From Anolis carolinensis (lineage: Eukaryota), in the NCBI RefSeq assembly GCF_035594765.1, contig NC_085843.1, positions 141,833,971-141,897,970 on the forward strand: a stretch of DNA of 64,000 nt, in the 5' to 3' direction. The number at the start of each line of letters is the position of its first letter. Position 1 is the first letter of the stretch. The position numbers and the translations under genes were made by a program. Under the pieces are notes generated by a model. The model did not search any database, was not told the DNA's origin, and saw nothing but the letters and a program-made list of their open reading frames with translations. Positions 34,097 through 46,976 of the stretch are shown here, one piece after another.

Positions 34097-35850
34097 GTCT
34101 ACACTGACCATAGAATGAAGTTTCAAATTGCATTATATGGTAGTGTAGACGGAGCCTCAGTTTCCCTCTTGTAGATGCTCAGATTGTGATGATGTGGGTA
34201 CAACTTTTGGGCCAGGATTTGCAGCATCAATCCATTTCTTGGTTGCCACATGAAGGTGCCTAGACAGACATTCTAAAATGTATCCAAATTTATTTAAAAT
34301 CAAAACACACTGCTCAAATGAAAGAGTCATGACACATCTCTGGGGAATAACTTCTTTCTGTGTAATATAAAGAACCCATTAAATATACTAATTCCTTCTA
34401 CTTCTTATAGGTTAAGGTTATTGGGAGTCCTCATCCCTTAGCCAGCATGGTCCATATTGAAAGATAATGGGAACTGTAGTTCTATAATATCCATAGGCCT
34501 GGAGATTTTCTCTTTCTACAGAAATATGGGGTTCAGCAGGCTTTGGCCAATTCCAATTCCCTGTCCCAGAGATATCACTGCCTTGGCTTTGGGAGGAAAC
34601 TTGAAGAATACAGAAATTTATTCAGCTGCTTATGGTCCTTTGGATTCACCTTTGTTGAAGAGCAGAGTAGATCCCATAGTCTTGAAGCCTGCCTAGCTCT
34701 ACTTTTCCGAAGCACAGTTCTTTGCTATCTTATCTGCTTTGCATTGGCCTCGTTCATCCACTCCTCCGACTGTTCTGATTTTGTTTTAACAACAAAAAGT
34801 AAGAGCACTACAGCAACAGAGGCACTAGATATACTAGGACAATGAAAGGATTATGTACTTATGAATATGTAGTGTTCAACTAAAGTACATGAGGAAGTAT
34901 GTAGCACTGGTAATCATTTTTTAAATTATTCTTACTATTTATTTGTTATATAGCTATTTCACTAGACAATTATATCACAGTGTTCTCCTTTAGCTTCCAT
35001 AGCAATATCCTATGGGATGCTGGGATTTGTAGTTTGCGGAGGCACTAGAGCTCTCTGACTGAGAAGTCTAAGGACTCCTCCCACAATTGCAAATCCCAGG
35101 ATTCCATAGGATGCAGCCATTGAAGTTAAAGTGGAATCATAGTGATATAATTGTGTAGTGTGAATTGACTTTGGGATAAAAAGAAACTCAGAAGTGGGCA
35201 GAATCTTGCAGAGACTTGTTCAACCAAAGGACCACACAACATTTCGGGCTGATAGCAACACAATTTTGTCATTTAAATGGGTATAACTAGTGATATTGCA
35301 CAGGTACAGAGTTTTGTTTTAGTACTCAGGATTAGGAAATAATTCACCATTTGTGGTGTTTTGCTCAGCCATCAGAAATGCAGAAGTATTGGTAAAACAT
35401 AGAAAAGGAGGTTTGGAAAGGAGGAACAGGAGAGGAGATTCCATTTGAACATTAGGAAAAACTTCCTCACTGTGAGAGCTGTTCAGCAGTGGAACTCTCT
35501 GCCCTGGAATGTGGTGCAGGCTCCTTTGCAGGCTTTTAAGCAGAGGCTGGATGGCCATCTGTCGGGGGTGCTTTGAATGCAGTTTTCTGTGTTTTTCTTG
35601 GCAGAGGGTTGGACTGGATGGCCCACAAGGTCTCTTCCAACTCTATGATTCTTTGATTCTTCGTTGCGGTAAGGCTATTTTAAGAGATGCTAAGGTCCAA
35701 TACAGAGTATCTTGGTTAAAACTTGAAACTCAGCATAAAAACAAAATCAAACAAAACCCACACCCACACAATGTATTTAGAGCTTTTCCCCAATCTAAGG
35801 TCCTAAATGAGAGTTTCTCAGCCAGGGTTCCCTATGAAGGTACCATGGAT

Positions 35851-36329
35851 GAGTTCATCTGCACTGTAAAATGAATGCAGTTTGATACCACTTTAACTGG
35901 CACGGCTCAATGCCATGGAATCTTGGCATTTGTAATTCGGTAAGGCACCAGCACTTTTAGGTAGAGAAGGCTAAAAGTAAGGGTAAATGTTTTCCCATGA
36001 CATTAAGCCTAAAGCTGGTGTTGTCCGTAGACACCACCAAGGTCATATGGCCAGCATGACTGCATGGAGCGCTGTTACTTTCCCGCTGGAGTGGTACCTA
36101 TTGATCTACTCACATTTGCATGTTTTGAACTGCTAGGTTGGCAGAAGCTGGGGCTAACAGTGGGAGCTCACCCCGCCCCCGGGATTCGAACCACCGACCT
36201 TTCAGTCAGTAAGTTCAGCAGCTCAGTGGTTTAACCTGCTGCTAAAGACCTTGTAAAACTAGAACTCCTAGGATTCCCTAGCATTTAAAGTGGTATCAAA
36301 TGGCATTCATTCTGCAGTGTAGACACACT
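35851..36329. mobile_element. MITE (CATCTACACTGTAGAATTAATGCAG family; copies ~32039-32220, 37022-37241, 63368-63591) with a Sauria SINE inserted at 35976-36240 (-)
   Basis: Long terminal inverted repeats; SINE flanked by GCTAAA duplication; the empty site is visible in the 63368 copy. Confidence 0.8.
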
Positions 36330-37818
36330 CCAAGAGTCCTGTGATACATTGTGATTTAATTATATAATAATTCCAAGTGTGTCTCTGGGGTAAATGGATT
36401 GAGAAAGGTAGCCCTAACCTGGCACAGGGTGGGGGGGAAAAGTATCACTGGCATGCTTCATGATTGAAGCAATATCAATGCCTGTCTGAACAAATTCCTC
36501 TTAAAACAGTGGATCTAAAATTACCTCCCTGGACCCCTGGCAGGACAATATCTCTGCGATCAGATCAAAGTGCTATTTCCAGTGAAAGTAATGATCAAAC
36601 ACCCCCGGATGTCTAGCCTCTCTTAATCTTACCCACTTTCCAACCCAGACAGCAAGTATTGATAGCATTGTTTGTTCCTCTCCTGTGATGAGACGCTATT
36701 TGCATTTCAGTCAACATTTCAAATCCAGTTCATTCCTTTAAGAGCTAGGAACAGGATTTACATTACCCAGCTTTACGTTGAGCAGTGTTTCTTCATCAAA
36801 GCAGCTGAAAGTATGAAAGCTCAGAATGTATTAAAAATACATACCTGTCTTGAGGCTTTCCGAGCTCATAGTCCTGTTCCACATTTTGTATTAGCATGTA
36901 ACCTCTCTAGTATCACCTTTCAGGAGGCTCTGAAGATTGTATCTATATAGATTGTATCTTCATTTGAATACAGGTACTTAGATGTCAAGCCCAGCTGCGC
37001 TATCCCTTTTCAGTGCTCATAGGCTGTATCTATACTGTAGAATTAGTGCAGTTTGACACCATTTTCACTGTAATGGTTCAATGCGATGGGATCATGGAAG
37101 TTGTAGTTTCATAAGGTCTTTAACCTTCTCTGCCAAGGAATGCTGATCCCTTACCAAACTACAGTTCCCAAGATTCCATAACATTAAGCCATAGAGCTAA
37201 AATGGTGTCAAATGTCATTAATTATACAGTGTAGATACCCCTCAGATGTTACTTATTGAGTAACTATAGCTACTTTACTTTCTGATTCTGGCATGTATTG
37301 TTCAAGGGAACAAAATCTTTCCAGACTCTGCTTTGCAAGTCAACATGTCGTCACTTCATGACTACTAATTGTGAAGTAAGCTTAACCCAAATCTGTTCTA
37401 GAACGGTCTAGCGTGGGAAGGGTTTTGTATTTTAAAAAGGGAATGTGAATGCATGCATGTATTCTTCAAAGTAAGCATGTATTTATGGAGTGGCACTTCA
37501 TACATCATAATGTATATTTATGATGTTCCTGGAATTCTGTCAGTCTTGACGGAAATGGAAAACAGAATCCCAGATGAGAGTCTGCAAATGTAGGTCTGTG
37601 GCCATTCACATAAAATAATGATGATGATAAAGTCCTGCATTTGGAAGCAATACCCAAATATGAATTTCTTTTCTTTTTTCTCTTTTGAATCAACACAATT
37701 TTTTTACAAAAGTCATTTTTTTACTTGGGTGTTCTGTTGCAGTTCAGGAAAGCTCTTAACATTGCAATGCTTGCGGCCTATTTACTTACCTACCTACCTA
37801 CCTGGCTTTATAGATATA

Positions 37819-39180
37819 CTAGCTTGGGTACCCAGCGTTGCCCGGATTATTTGGAAAAGTCAATTTTAAAATTGTACAAAATGCAAAATGTGGATTAACT
37901 ACATCTGACATCATGCCAGGTTAACCCTGAGAAATTCCATCAGTACTTAGTTTATGTTGGGCAAATTTGCTCTAGATGCATCATTGGTGGGGTTCAGTGT
38001 ACTCTGTGGCTGTAGGGTAAACTACAACTCCCACTATGGCGAGTCAGTCCCCTCAAACCCCTCCAGTAGGTTGAGTTAGTCATGGGGGATTTGTGTGCCA
38101 AGTTAGGTCCTGGTCCATCATCGGTGAAGGGCCTAGTTTCTCTGGTTGTGAGTGAACTACAACTCCCAGAAAGGAAGGTCAGCCCCCCCCCCCCCAAAAA
38201 AAAAAACCCTCTCCAGTAATCAAATTACGGCACATCGGGAATGTGTGCCAAGTTTGGTCCAGATCCATCAGTGTTTGGGTTCACAGGGCTCTCTGGATGT
38301 AGGTGAACTACAACTCCCTCAAATCAAGGTGAATTTCCCGCAAAGACCTCCAGTATTTTTTGCTGGTCATGGGAGCTCTGTGTGCCAAGTTTGGTTCAAT
38401 TCCATCTTTGGTGGATTTCAGAGTGCTCATTGATCGCAAGTGAACTATAAATCCCAGTAGCTACAATTCCAAAATGTCCAGGCCAATTCCCCACAAAACC
38501 CACCAGTATTCAAATGTGGTCATATCAGGTATGCGTGCTAAGTTTGGTCCAGATCCATCATTGTTTGGGTTCATAGTGCATTCTGGATGTAGAACTACAA
38601 CTTCTATAAAACCCTCCAAAGACCTCCAGTATTTTTTGTTTGTCATGGGGGTTCTGTGTGCCAAATTAGTTCCAGGTCCATCGTTGGTGGAGTTCAGACT
38701 GCTCTTAGATTACAGGTGAACTATACATCCCAGTATCTACAATTCCTATAAATCTTGGTGAATTCTCCCCAAACCTCTCTAGTATGTTCAGTTGCTGACC
38801 AATTCCTCTGTTTACTGTGTGTCATAGAAAATAATAGGGTTTAGGGCAGCGGTTCTCAACCTGTAGGTCCCCAGATGTTTTGACCTTCAACTCCCAGAAA
38901 TCCTAACAACTGGTAAACTGGCTGGGATTTCTGGGAGTTGTAGGCCAAAACACCTGGGGACCCACAGGTTGAGAACCACTGGTTTAGGGAAAGGCAATGA
39001 GTGGGTCATGCAAATTCCACACCAATGGAGAGAGTAGGAAACACTGGGATGTTTGTGGTGCAGGAAAAACAGAAAATCTAAGATGAAAATGTCCCCATAT
39101 GAAAGTCTTCAGTTGGGTGGTGGGCAGTATGGTGTTTGTGGAGGACAATGGCAGGGCTCTTGGACATGTTCATTACACTC
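37819..39180 (-). mobile_element. Probable non-autonomous Helitron with internal tandem subrepeats
   Basis: Minus-strand end CCGGGCAACGCTGGGTACCCAAG-CTAG|T (short imperfect GC hairpin then CTAG-T); no TIR or TSD seen; right boundary uncertain. Confidence 0.55.
38847..38981. mobile_element. Palindromic hAT MITE
   Basis: TIR CAGCGGTTCTCAACCTGT / ACAGGTTGAGAACCACTG; perfect 8-bp TSD GTTTAGGG. Confidence 0.9.
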
Positions 39181-39253
39181 TCTATAAACAAGCCATATAA
39201 TCCAGTTTCAGAATGCATATTATCTGCACTGAACTGGGTCATATGGCAATGTA

Positions 39254-39382
39254 AGGTAAAGCTTTCCCCTGACGTTAAGTCCAGTCGTGACGGACTCTGG
39301 GGGTTGGTGCTCATCTCCATTTCTAAGCCAAAGAGCCGGCGTTGTCCATAGACATCTCCAAGGTCATGTGGCCGGCATGACT
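39254..39382 (-). mobile_element. 5'-truncated Sauria SINE in a PIF-like MITE
   Basis: 8-bp TSD GCAATGTA (39246-53, 39383-90). Confidence 0.85.
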
Positions 39383-40619
39383 GCAATGTAGACTCTTATA
39401 ATTTAGTTCAATCTGCATTATATGAGTCTACACTGACCATTCGAATGCATTTCAATTTGCACTATATGGCACTGCAGATGGGGCCCTGGATGTGCTGAAT
39501 TTTATTGGGTATTCATAAGCCAGTGCCTGGAAACTAACTTTTCGAAATGGTGATAGTTGAGTACTTAACAAGACCCCACTGCCACCAAGTAATTAATTAT
39601 AATTATAATTACAGTTTAACAATAAACATTTTCTGTTTTTTAAAAAAATAACTAAAATAGTTACTTTTATTAAAAACAAACACTGAATGCTATGGTATGA
39701 ACTTCTGACATATAGTACAAAACATACTCCTATCCTCTTCATTATCCACTCAATATCTGTGACAGAGAATGAAGCAGCAATGTGACCCAGCATTTGTGAA
39801 CCATGTAAGACTTCTCATTTAAGTATGTCTTTTCAGTACTTTTAAGCCTGTAAAAATAAAGGCAACTAAACATTAGCTATTCCACAAAGGTACGAAAACA
39901 TTCCCTATTAAGTTCTAATAGTAATGCAATGTAGTTTTACTTCAGTTATGAAAAAGGATCTAATTATAAGCTTTTTATATCGGTAACTAGTTACTTCTGA
40001 ACTTTGACCTAGGCAACAACCATGATAAAGTATCAGACGTCAATCTGAATTTTTTCATGGTTGAAGACTTGAGTGTAATATGCCTTCAGTTAGATTTATG
40101 GTGACATCATCAATTTCATAGACTTTTTAAGACAAGGAATACTTGATATGGTTTGGCAGTTTCCTCACTGATATTAATCCTACAGCAGCAAGTATTCCTT
40201 GGCAGTCTCCCATCTATGAAGCACACAGACCTTATCCTGCTTAGCTTCCAAGATCAGATGTGATTTGGTGCATTTAAGATATTTAGGTGGCTAGTTGAAG
40301 ACTCATCAGTATGGATTCAACCCTGTAGCCTTTGGGAATTAGGGTTGTTTCTCTGTCCTCTACCTTCCTTTATTCTCCAAAGAAATTTGGCAGAAAATTT
40401 GCATAGCTAAAGGGTTCTGCGTTTCTGTGGTCTTGATTGTTTGATAGGATTAATTTGGGAGGAAGTTGAAAGCCTGGGAACCACCTAGGAATTCAATTCA
40501 TCATGCTAATAAGGAGATTTTGCCCCTATCCTGATAGAAAGGTGCATGAGTGATTGACTTGTAAAAAGCATCGTCATTTGGAACTGATAATCTTCCTCAT
40601 CATAGATATGTAAAGCACA

Positions 40620-40836
40620 CAGGGCTGTAGCCAATTTTTCAGGGTTTTTTAAAAAACTGGTTTACTCATGAATTTTAACTGATTAACCAAATCCCCATGA
40701 GAATCCACTGAAGTTTATCGATGGAGCCTGATTTCTAAATTATTTTGTGTTATGGAAATACTCATGATTTGCTAAAAAAAAAGTTTCACCCCCCACCCCC
40801 CCACCCCGGTTTTTTTTTCTTCTGGCTATGGCCCTG
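40620..40836. mobile_element. Non-autonomous hAT element related to 16538-17110
   Basis: TIR CAGGGCTGTAGCCA / TGGCTATGGCCCTG; perfect 8-bp TSD AAAGCACA. Confidence 0.85.
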
Positions 40837-43399
40837 AAAGCACAGGACACAGCAGTTGCAGCAGCAGTGTGGTTATTTGTCCAAATGATGTCTGTGAGTC
40901 AAAACTGAATTGAAAACATCGTGCCCTTAATCTCTATAATTTCCCATGATGTCTGCCAAACAAAAATCAAGGATTTTGCTATTTTTAAAAACTTTATCAT
41001 GTAGTTTGAACATAGTTTTTTTACACTACATAATCAATTTAAAGTGATACCACTTTAAATACCATAACTGTATCATATTACATCATATAATATAGCATAT
41101 TATACATAAGCCTTCAACCATTGGTAAGATACTAGAACAATCTGGTAAAGAATTCCGAATACCTACGAATTCTGAATACTGTATCTGCAAAATTGCAAAT
41201 TCCAGGTTTCCAGGGTTCTCAGTTCTTTGTATCCTAGTGTAGGCACCAAACGCAGATTTGGTCTGAAACACTTGTAAAGGCAATTGTTTTTGGACCTGTG
41301 GGAGATGAGAATCAGCTAACAAGTACAAAGTGCCGCAGGCTATATTTCAGAGGAGTAAATGGCAAAAGCACCTCTGAGTATTCCTTGCCTAAGAACACCC
41401 TATTGAATTCATGAAGACTCATAAGTCAGCAGGTGACTTGAAGGCCTGCAATTGTATGCATATGACCCTATTAATTGTTCTGAAGCCAGGGGCAGAAACA
41501 AGGTTAGACTGCAAAATTGTATGCATTTTGTGAAAGGGACGGGGGAGAAATACATCTGAATAGAAAGACTGAAATGTTAAATGTTGTAATCTGCCACTGT
41601 ATGAATATGAGATGTGGCTATAGTAAACGATAGCACAGTTTGTGTGCTTGTGTGGGTTTCTCCAAAAGAACCCACTGTAAAAAAAAGAAAGAAAAGAAAG
41701 CTTTCATTTTCAAGCCAAAGAAGAAACTTTCTTTGACTGTGAATAATCAAAGCCTCTTTATCAATGGTTCAGTTAAAGGCACTTTGGATCAGCAAATGTA
41801 ATTTAATTGCAGGAAAAGTCTTGGATGGCATCTGTGGCCAAATTTCACTGGAAATCATTTCATTTTTCCTTTCATTATACAATGCCGGATTCATTAAAAA
41901 TCTTCCAAAGCAGCAGCTAGAACTGATTCCCTGTGCTGTTCTGTCAATGGTTTAGTGGGCCATGTTCTTTCCACACAATTTTGTTTTTCTGTCACAGTCA
42001 TTCCCACACTATGTGCCAGAGCACACTGAATAGTATTACTGAATTGCTAGGTGCCATGATAAATTCATTAGAATTAAAAGGACTCATGAGCACAAAGTAT
42101 TGATCAACCAAGAAAGGCCGTCCACTGGGCTTCAGACCAACTCCCTTGTGCCTTGTCTTCTTCCAGTCATCTTATACTGAGCATATACCATTTTCATTGC
42201 TCAGCATGCTCTCACATCAATCTTGGGATCCAGTTTACACTTACAGATTAAAATGCACCCATAGAAAGCTTTTCCATCAGATGGGGCTTTAGTGAGGGTG
42301 GGTACCCTTAGACTGCAATTCAACATCCACATACCTGGGAGCAAGCCCCGTGTAGTAGGACTTCTTTTTGAGTAGGATTACAATATTAGCTTTTCATGTA
42401 GTATAAGCATCCATAAATTTTGGGGAGTCCTGGAGCCAGTCTCCAACAGAAATCAAGGATTGTCTCTACTTCCTTTTTCTTATGGCGGTGCCCAAAGGGT
42501 CTTACCTGACCTCTGCTTAGTTAGCATTAGCTGGAAATTTTAATTCCCCCTCCCTAGTTTTATGTTCTCATTTGTTTTAAGATTGAAAAATGGCTTATTA
42601 CAGCTTTGTATGGTAGTATTTGATAAACATAAATACAGAAAGGTTGCAATACCACATACCTTTAAGTGGAAATATCTTTCAGTGAATTCAGCCAAGCTTA
42701 CTGTAAAGTAGGATTCCACTGTTGTCACATCTGTGCTTGAAATCCAATGCATCCTGAGAAATCTAGCATTTAGATCAGAATGGTGAATGGAGATCTTGGG
42801 GTATTGTTGGACTGCATCTTTTATCAACTTGAGGCAGCAAGCCAATGTTGAGGGATGATAGGAGCAGCATTCGAATGCCACTTGGTTGGCCACATATTTC
42901 CAGCCTTTATTTTAGCAGTTCATTGCATTTATGTAAACACCAGGGGTAAAATCCTGGTGTCTATTAAGATATCCTCAAACTACAACTACCATCAGCCGAA
43001 CCAGCATAGCTGATGGTTGTGGATGATGGAGAGTGTAGTCCTACAATGTCTGGATGGCCAAAGGTTTTCTCCTGCCTAGTGTTTTATTATGCATTTATTA
43101 TATTATTATATTATATTCGACTTCTCTCCCAAATGGTATTCCAAGCACTTATAGCACAAATTAAAACAGCAATCAAAAGTATGAGGTAACACAAATTTAA
43201 AAAAGCATTACTTAGTACAATTCAGCTTAAATATTGAATTAGTATAGTATACATACTAATGCTAACAAAGCTTCCCAAAAATGCCTACCAACAAGACTCT
43301 GCAAGGGCAGGAAAAGTCGGGATGATGAAGGTGGTCACTGTTATTACCTCAATTTAGCAACCTGTCTCTGGCAGTAATATGCACAATAATGTTTTGCTA

Positions 43400-43900
43400 A
43401 AGCCAGGTTGCAAAATAAACAAGTCTCTGATAAACAGTGATAGCAATGGTCTGCTTGCACTCCTGTTGGATTGGATCATGCAGTCCATTCAAAGATTAAA
43501 CTACCCCATAAGATCAAACTCTCTCAAACAGGAATAGCACAAGTTTCTAAACCAGACGTTCTTATCTGTGGAGATGGCAATGTTCAAGTCCAGCCACAGA
43601 TTCACACTCCTAGTGAGGCTTCTACAACCTTCAGTTGCTTTTAAATAACCCGTGTTACTTCCGGACATGTGTTTAGGATTGCTATCCTATTTCAAGATGA
43701 ACCCTGGCCTACTTTCAAGTCCTTTGGTGTCTACCTCTAGAATTATCCTCTACACATGTTGCCCTGATCACTTCCCTGGTTCCTATAAAGGGAAACATCC
43801 TCACAACACAATGCTGCCACCACTATGATTCACCATGGGATGGTGTTCTCAATACAATGAGCACCGTTGACTCTGTGCCATCTATATGACTTAGGTAGAG
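43400..43900 (-). pseudogene. Decayed Tc1-family transposase
   Basis: Minus-strand remnants VNHSGGSIVL*GCF (~43790-43835; cf. VKHGGGSIMLWGCF), RFILK*DSNPKH (~43670-43705; cf. FQQDNDPKH) and NLWLDLNIA (~43575-43603; cf. ENLWRDLK). Confidence 0.6.
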
Positions 43901-44004
43901 TTTATCTAAAGGAGAGTATCTTCTCATATCAGTTTGCCCAAATGCTAAGATCTTCAGGAGACACTTTGTCAATGCCGCCACCTTCACAGGCAGGGCAAGT
44001 TCTG

Positions 44005-44815
44005 TCAAAGGATAGGTGATTGCTCATGGTAAAATATGATTGTCTTCCAAGGACAGTCGTGGTGTTGGGTCCATAAGTGACTGTAGAGACCTATTCTAGC
44101 TCCACGTGGTCTTTCACAGCGAGGACATAGAATACCAGATGGAAGATGGTCATGACAGGGGTTTGCTTGATGTACTTTCCTCTTGGCACATTTCTCCCTT
44201 TTGCCCTCTATCTGTGTCTCTTCAAAATCCATGGCAACATTGGTAACAGCAGACCTCCAGTCAGAGCTCTCGAAGGTCAGGAATTTCCAATTCTTGGTGT
44301 TCATGCCACATTTTTAAAGTTAGCTTTAAGACCATCTATAAAACTCTTTTCTTATCCACCAACATTCCATTTTCCATTCTTAAGTTGAGAATAAAGTAAC
44401 TGCTTTGGAAGAAGGTGTTTAGGCATTCAGACACCGTGGCCAGTCCAATGAAGTTGATGGCAGTCTTTGCTTCTTCCAGATTGGTGACATTTGTTCATCT
44501 TTCTTTCCAAGAGATCTGCAGGATTTTTCAGAGGCAACATTGATGGAATCTTTCCAGAAGTTGAGAGTGACATTTGTAGATGGTTCATATTTTGCAGGTA
44601 TACAATAGGAGTTGGAAGGACAATAGCTTTAAAACAAACACTTTAGTATCCCTATAAATGTCCCGATCCTCAAACATTCTCAGCTTCATGTGAAAAACTG
44701 CTGCACTCAGAGCTCAGATGGTGTTGTATTTTAGCATCATTGTCAACTTTTGTGAAGAGATGGCTGCCTATGTAGCGGAAATGGTCAACATTTTCTAGCA
44801 TTACACCATCAAGTT
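44005..44815 (-). mobile_element. RTE-clade LINE 3' fragment
   Basis: LENVDHFRYIGSHL...IQHHLS and C-terminal CPRCER...ARIGLYSHL motifs; frameshifted. Confidence 0.85.
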
Positions 44816-46473
44816 CTCTGGAACATTTCAGTAATTGTTGGATAATTTCTCCAATTTCACATAGGTGTATATGCCATTCAACTTCTGATGTGACTTCTGG
44901 AAGCAATGGATTGCAACAGAGCTTCTTTAGGCATATCACAGCAAAAAGGGGTGAATATTTATGCAACCAACAAGTTTACCGTTGATTAACTTTTGTGCCA
45001 TAACAAAACTATTTTGCACTTCACAGTGTCAGGTATCTGGCGTACATCAAGTGAGAACAATGACAGTGAAATCTATTTCAATTCCAGGTTGCAACATAAC
45101 AAAATGTGGAAAAGCAAAAAAGAGGGTTAAAATGTTCGGAAGACATCTAAATAATTTGTTTTAACTAGATAGAAGATTCCAACTGCAGCATATCTTTCTT
45201 ATCAAGTCTTGTGACAGTCATACAAGTTATGTTAATTAAATCAAAAAGATAAAGTGTAGATTTGTTCCAATATTCAGGTGGCACTAAAACATTATTGCCT
45301 AAGATATAATCTTAATAAATCATGTTAATTGGCATTTGTGCCCACAAATCATAACAATATCTCCTATACAGCTTTCGTTCTAGTGGGATTGTGTGCCCAA
45401 CGTCCACCAGTCATGCTGGAAGACCTAGATGTTTCTAGAAAGAACACCCCCCCCCCGGGAATTTCTAGGTTCTAAAGAGAAATTCTATGGTCATTTTCCA
45501 GATGAAATTTACCATAGAGATGACCTAGAAATTTCTAGAAGTGTTCTCTAAGGTAAAAAAGATAGCAATTTCTTTGTTCATGGCTTTTCACATTTGTGGC
45601 TTTTCACTTTCAAGATATATAACTGTTTTTTGGAGTATATATCTTGTTCTATTTTGCTGCATGGCCAGCACAACTACCCTGAATATGTTTCATGTAAATA
45701 CATGATGTTTATTTTATTTCTATATTTGTTTTTTTGGGTACATGACAAGCAGAATTGGGATAGGTACTCGCACATAGATAAAAGTTTGGTTCCTGGTTGG
45801 ATTACTGCAATGATTTACAAGTGGGGCTGCTTTGGCATCAGTCCAGAATGGCACCTTGTTCACTTAGTGTAAAGGTGCAGTCTATATTAACTGTTAACAG
45901 TGTCAGGTTAGATTGTTCTAATAATCATTCTGTCCCACATATGCCCACCCAGATATTAACATAATCATTCTGTCCCTCCTATGTCTACCCAGGTATTTTT
46001 TTGAGATTCTTCTCTGGATGTCCCCAATGAAATGCAGCAAGGGGTAAGTAGACAGAAGGAATTTCTACTCATGGACCTTTAGAAAGGACTGCTTGGTATC
46101 TCCAAAGTGAGCTATAGTCTCTCCTTCTATCTGGTTCATGACAAATTCTAGTTTACCCAAAGCTTCCTAAGAGAATAAGAGCAAACTAGGAAATAAGCAT
46201 ACACATTAGATTATGGAGGAGGGGGAGGAGGAAGAGAGGGGAACCAATGAGTCCAAAGCTTGCTCATGTAATGCTAGCCATAGCTTGACATTATGTCTCA
46301 ATGAAATTATAAGGACAAGAACAATATATCTACTCCATTTCGGCTTACCACTCAGCCATTAAGGGTAAATAAGCAAGAAGAAATGTGCTGTCTTACAAAT
46401 ACATTCCAATTTTAGCATCAAACGAAAATATTTTCCTTTCAGCTAAATTTGATCTTTTGCCACCAGCTGTTGA

Positions 46474-46644
46474 TTTATTTCTTACACAGGAGGATGTTAA
46501 TAAATGTTATTCTATATTATTCTATCACCCCAAAAGTCAGGAAAACAGGAATACAATCTGAATCTCAATAGTTTGAAACTTATTTTAAAAAGTGAACTGA
46601 AATAAACATCGACATGAATGTGTATAAATATGCATGTTTTTATT
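46474..46644 (-). terminator. Candidate PIBF1 polyadenylation signals (AATAAA at 46644-46639 and 46479-46474)
   Basis: Two minus-strand AATAAA hexamers ~195 and ~360 nt past the stop codon; which one is used cannot be told. Confidence 0.45.
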
Positions 46645-46836
46645 AGCATTGTTTAAACACGTGGACTGATGTATGAATTCATAAAAGTCATCCCAAAAAC
46701 AGTGTTGAATATTGTGTTGTAGTGACCATATTAAAAGAAAGGGGATCAAAATATTGGCTTGAAATAGAATTGCTGAATTAAGAGGTTTTCAGAACATGAT
46801 TATGATACTCTATTTGTTTTCTTAGGGAATAGCACT

Positions 46837-46893
46837 CTAGGCTGCTTTCTTCTGTTTTGCTTTCTTCAACCATTGCGGTGGACCTTCATTTGT
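46837..46893 (-). CDS. PIBF1: PIBF1 terminal coding exon (TNEGPPQWLKKAKQKKAA*)
   Basis: Phase-0 acceptor (TTTC)20 TAG|ACA; similar to the recalled human C-terminus TKKEAPEWSKKQKMKT*; TAG stop at 46839-46837. Confidence 0.85.
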   Translation of the reverse strand, partial: TNEGPPQWLKKAKQKKAA

Positions 46894-46895
46894 CT

Positions 46896-46896
<1 letters not shown>

Positions 46897-46974
<78 letters not shown>

Positions 46975-46976
46975 AA
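46897..46976. repeat. (GAAA)20 microsatellite
   Basis: Direct count; abuts the PIBF1 terminal splice acceptor. Confidence 0.97.

Noticed and set aside
37896-38790. CRISPR-like array
   Set aside because: Eukaryotic context, degenerate repeats, mutually homologous 'spacers', no cas genes.
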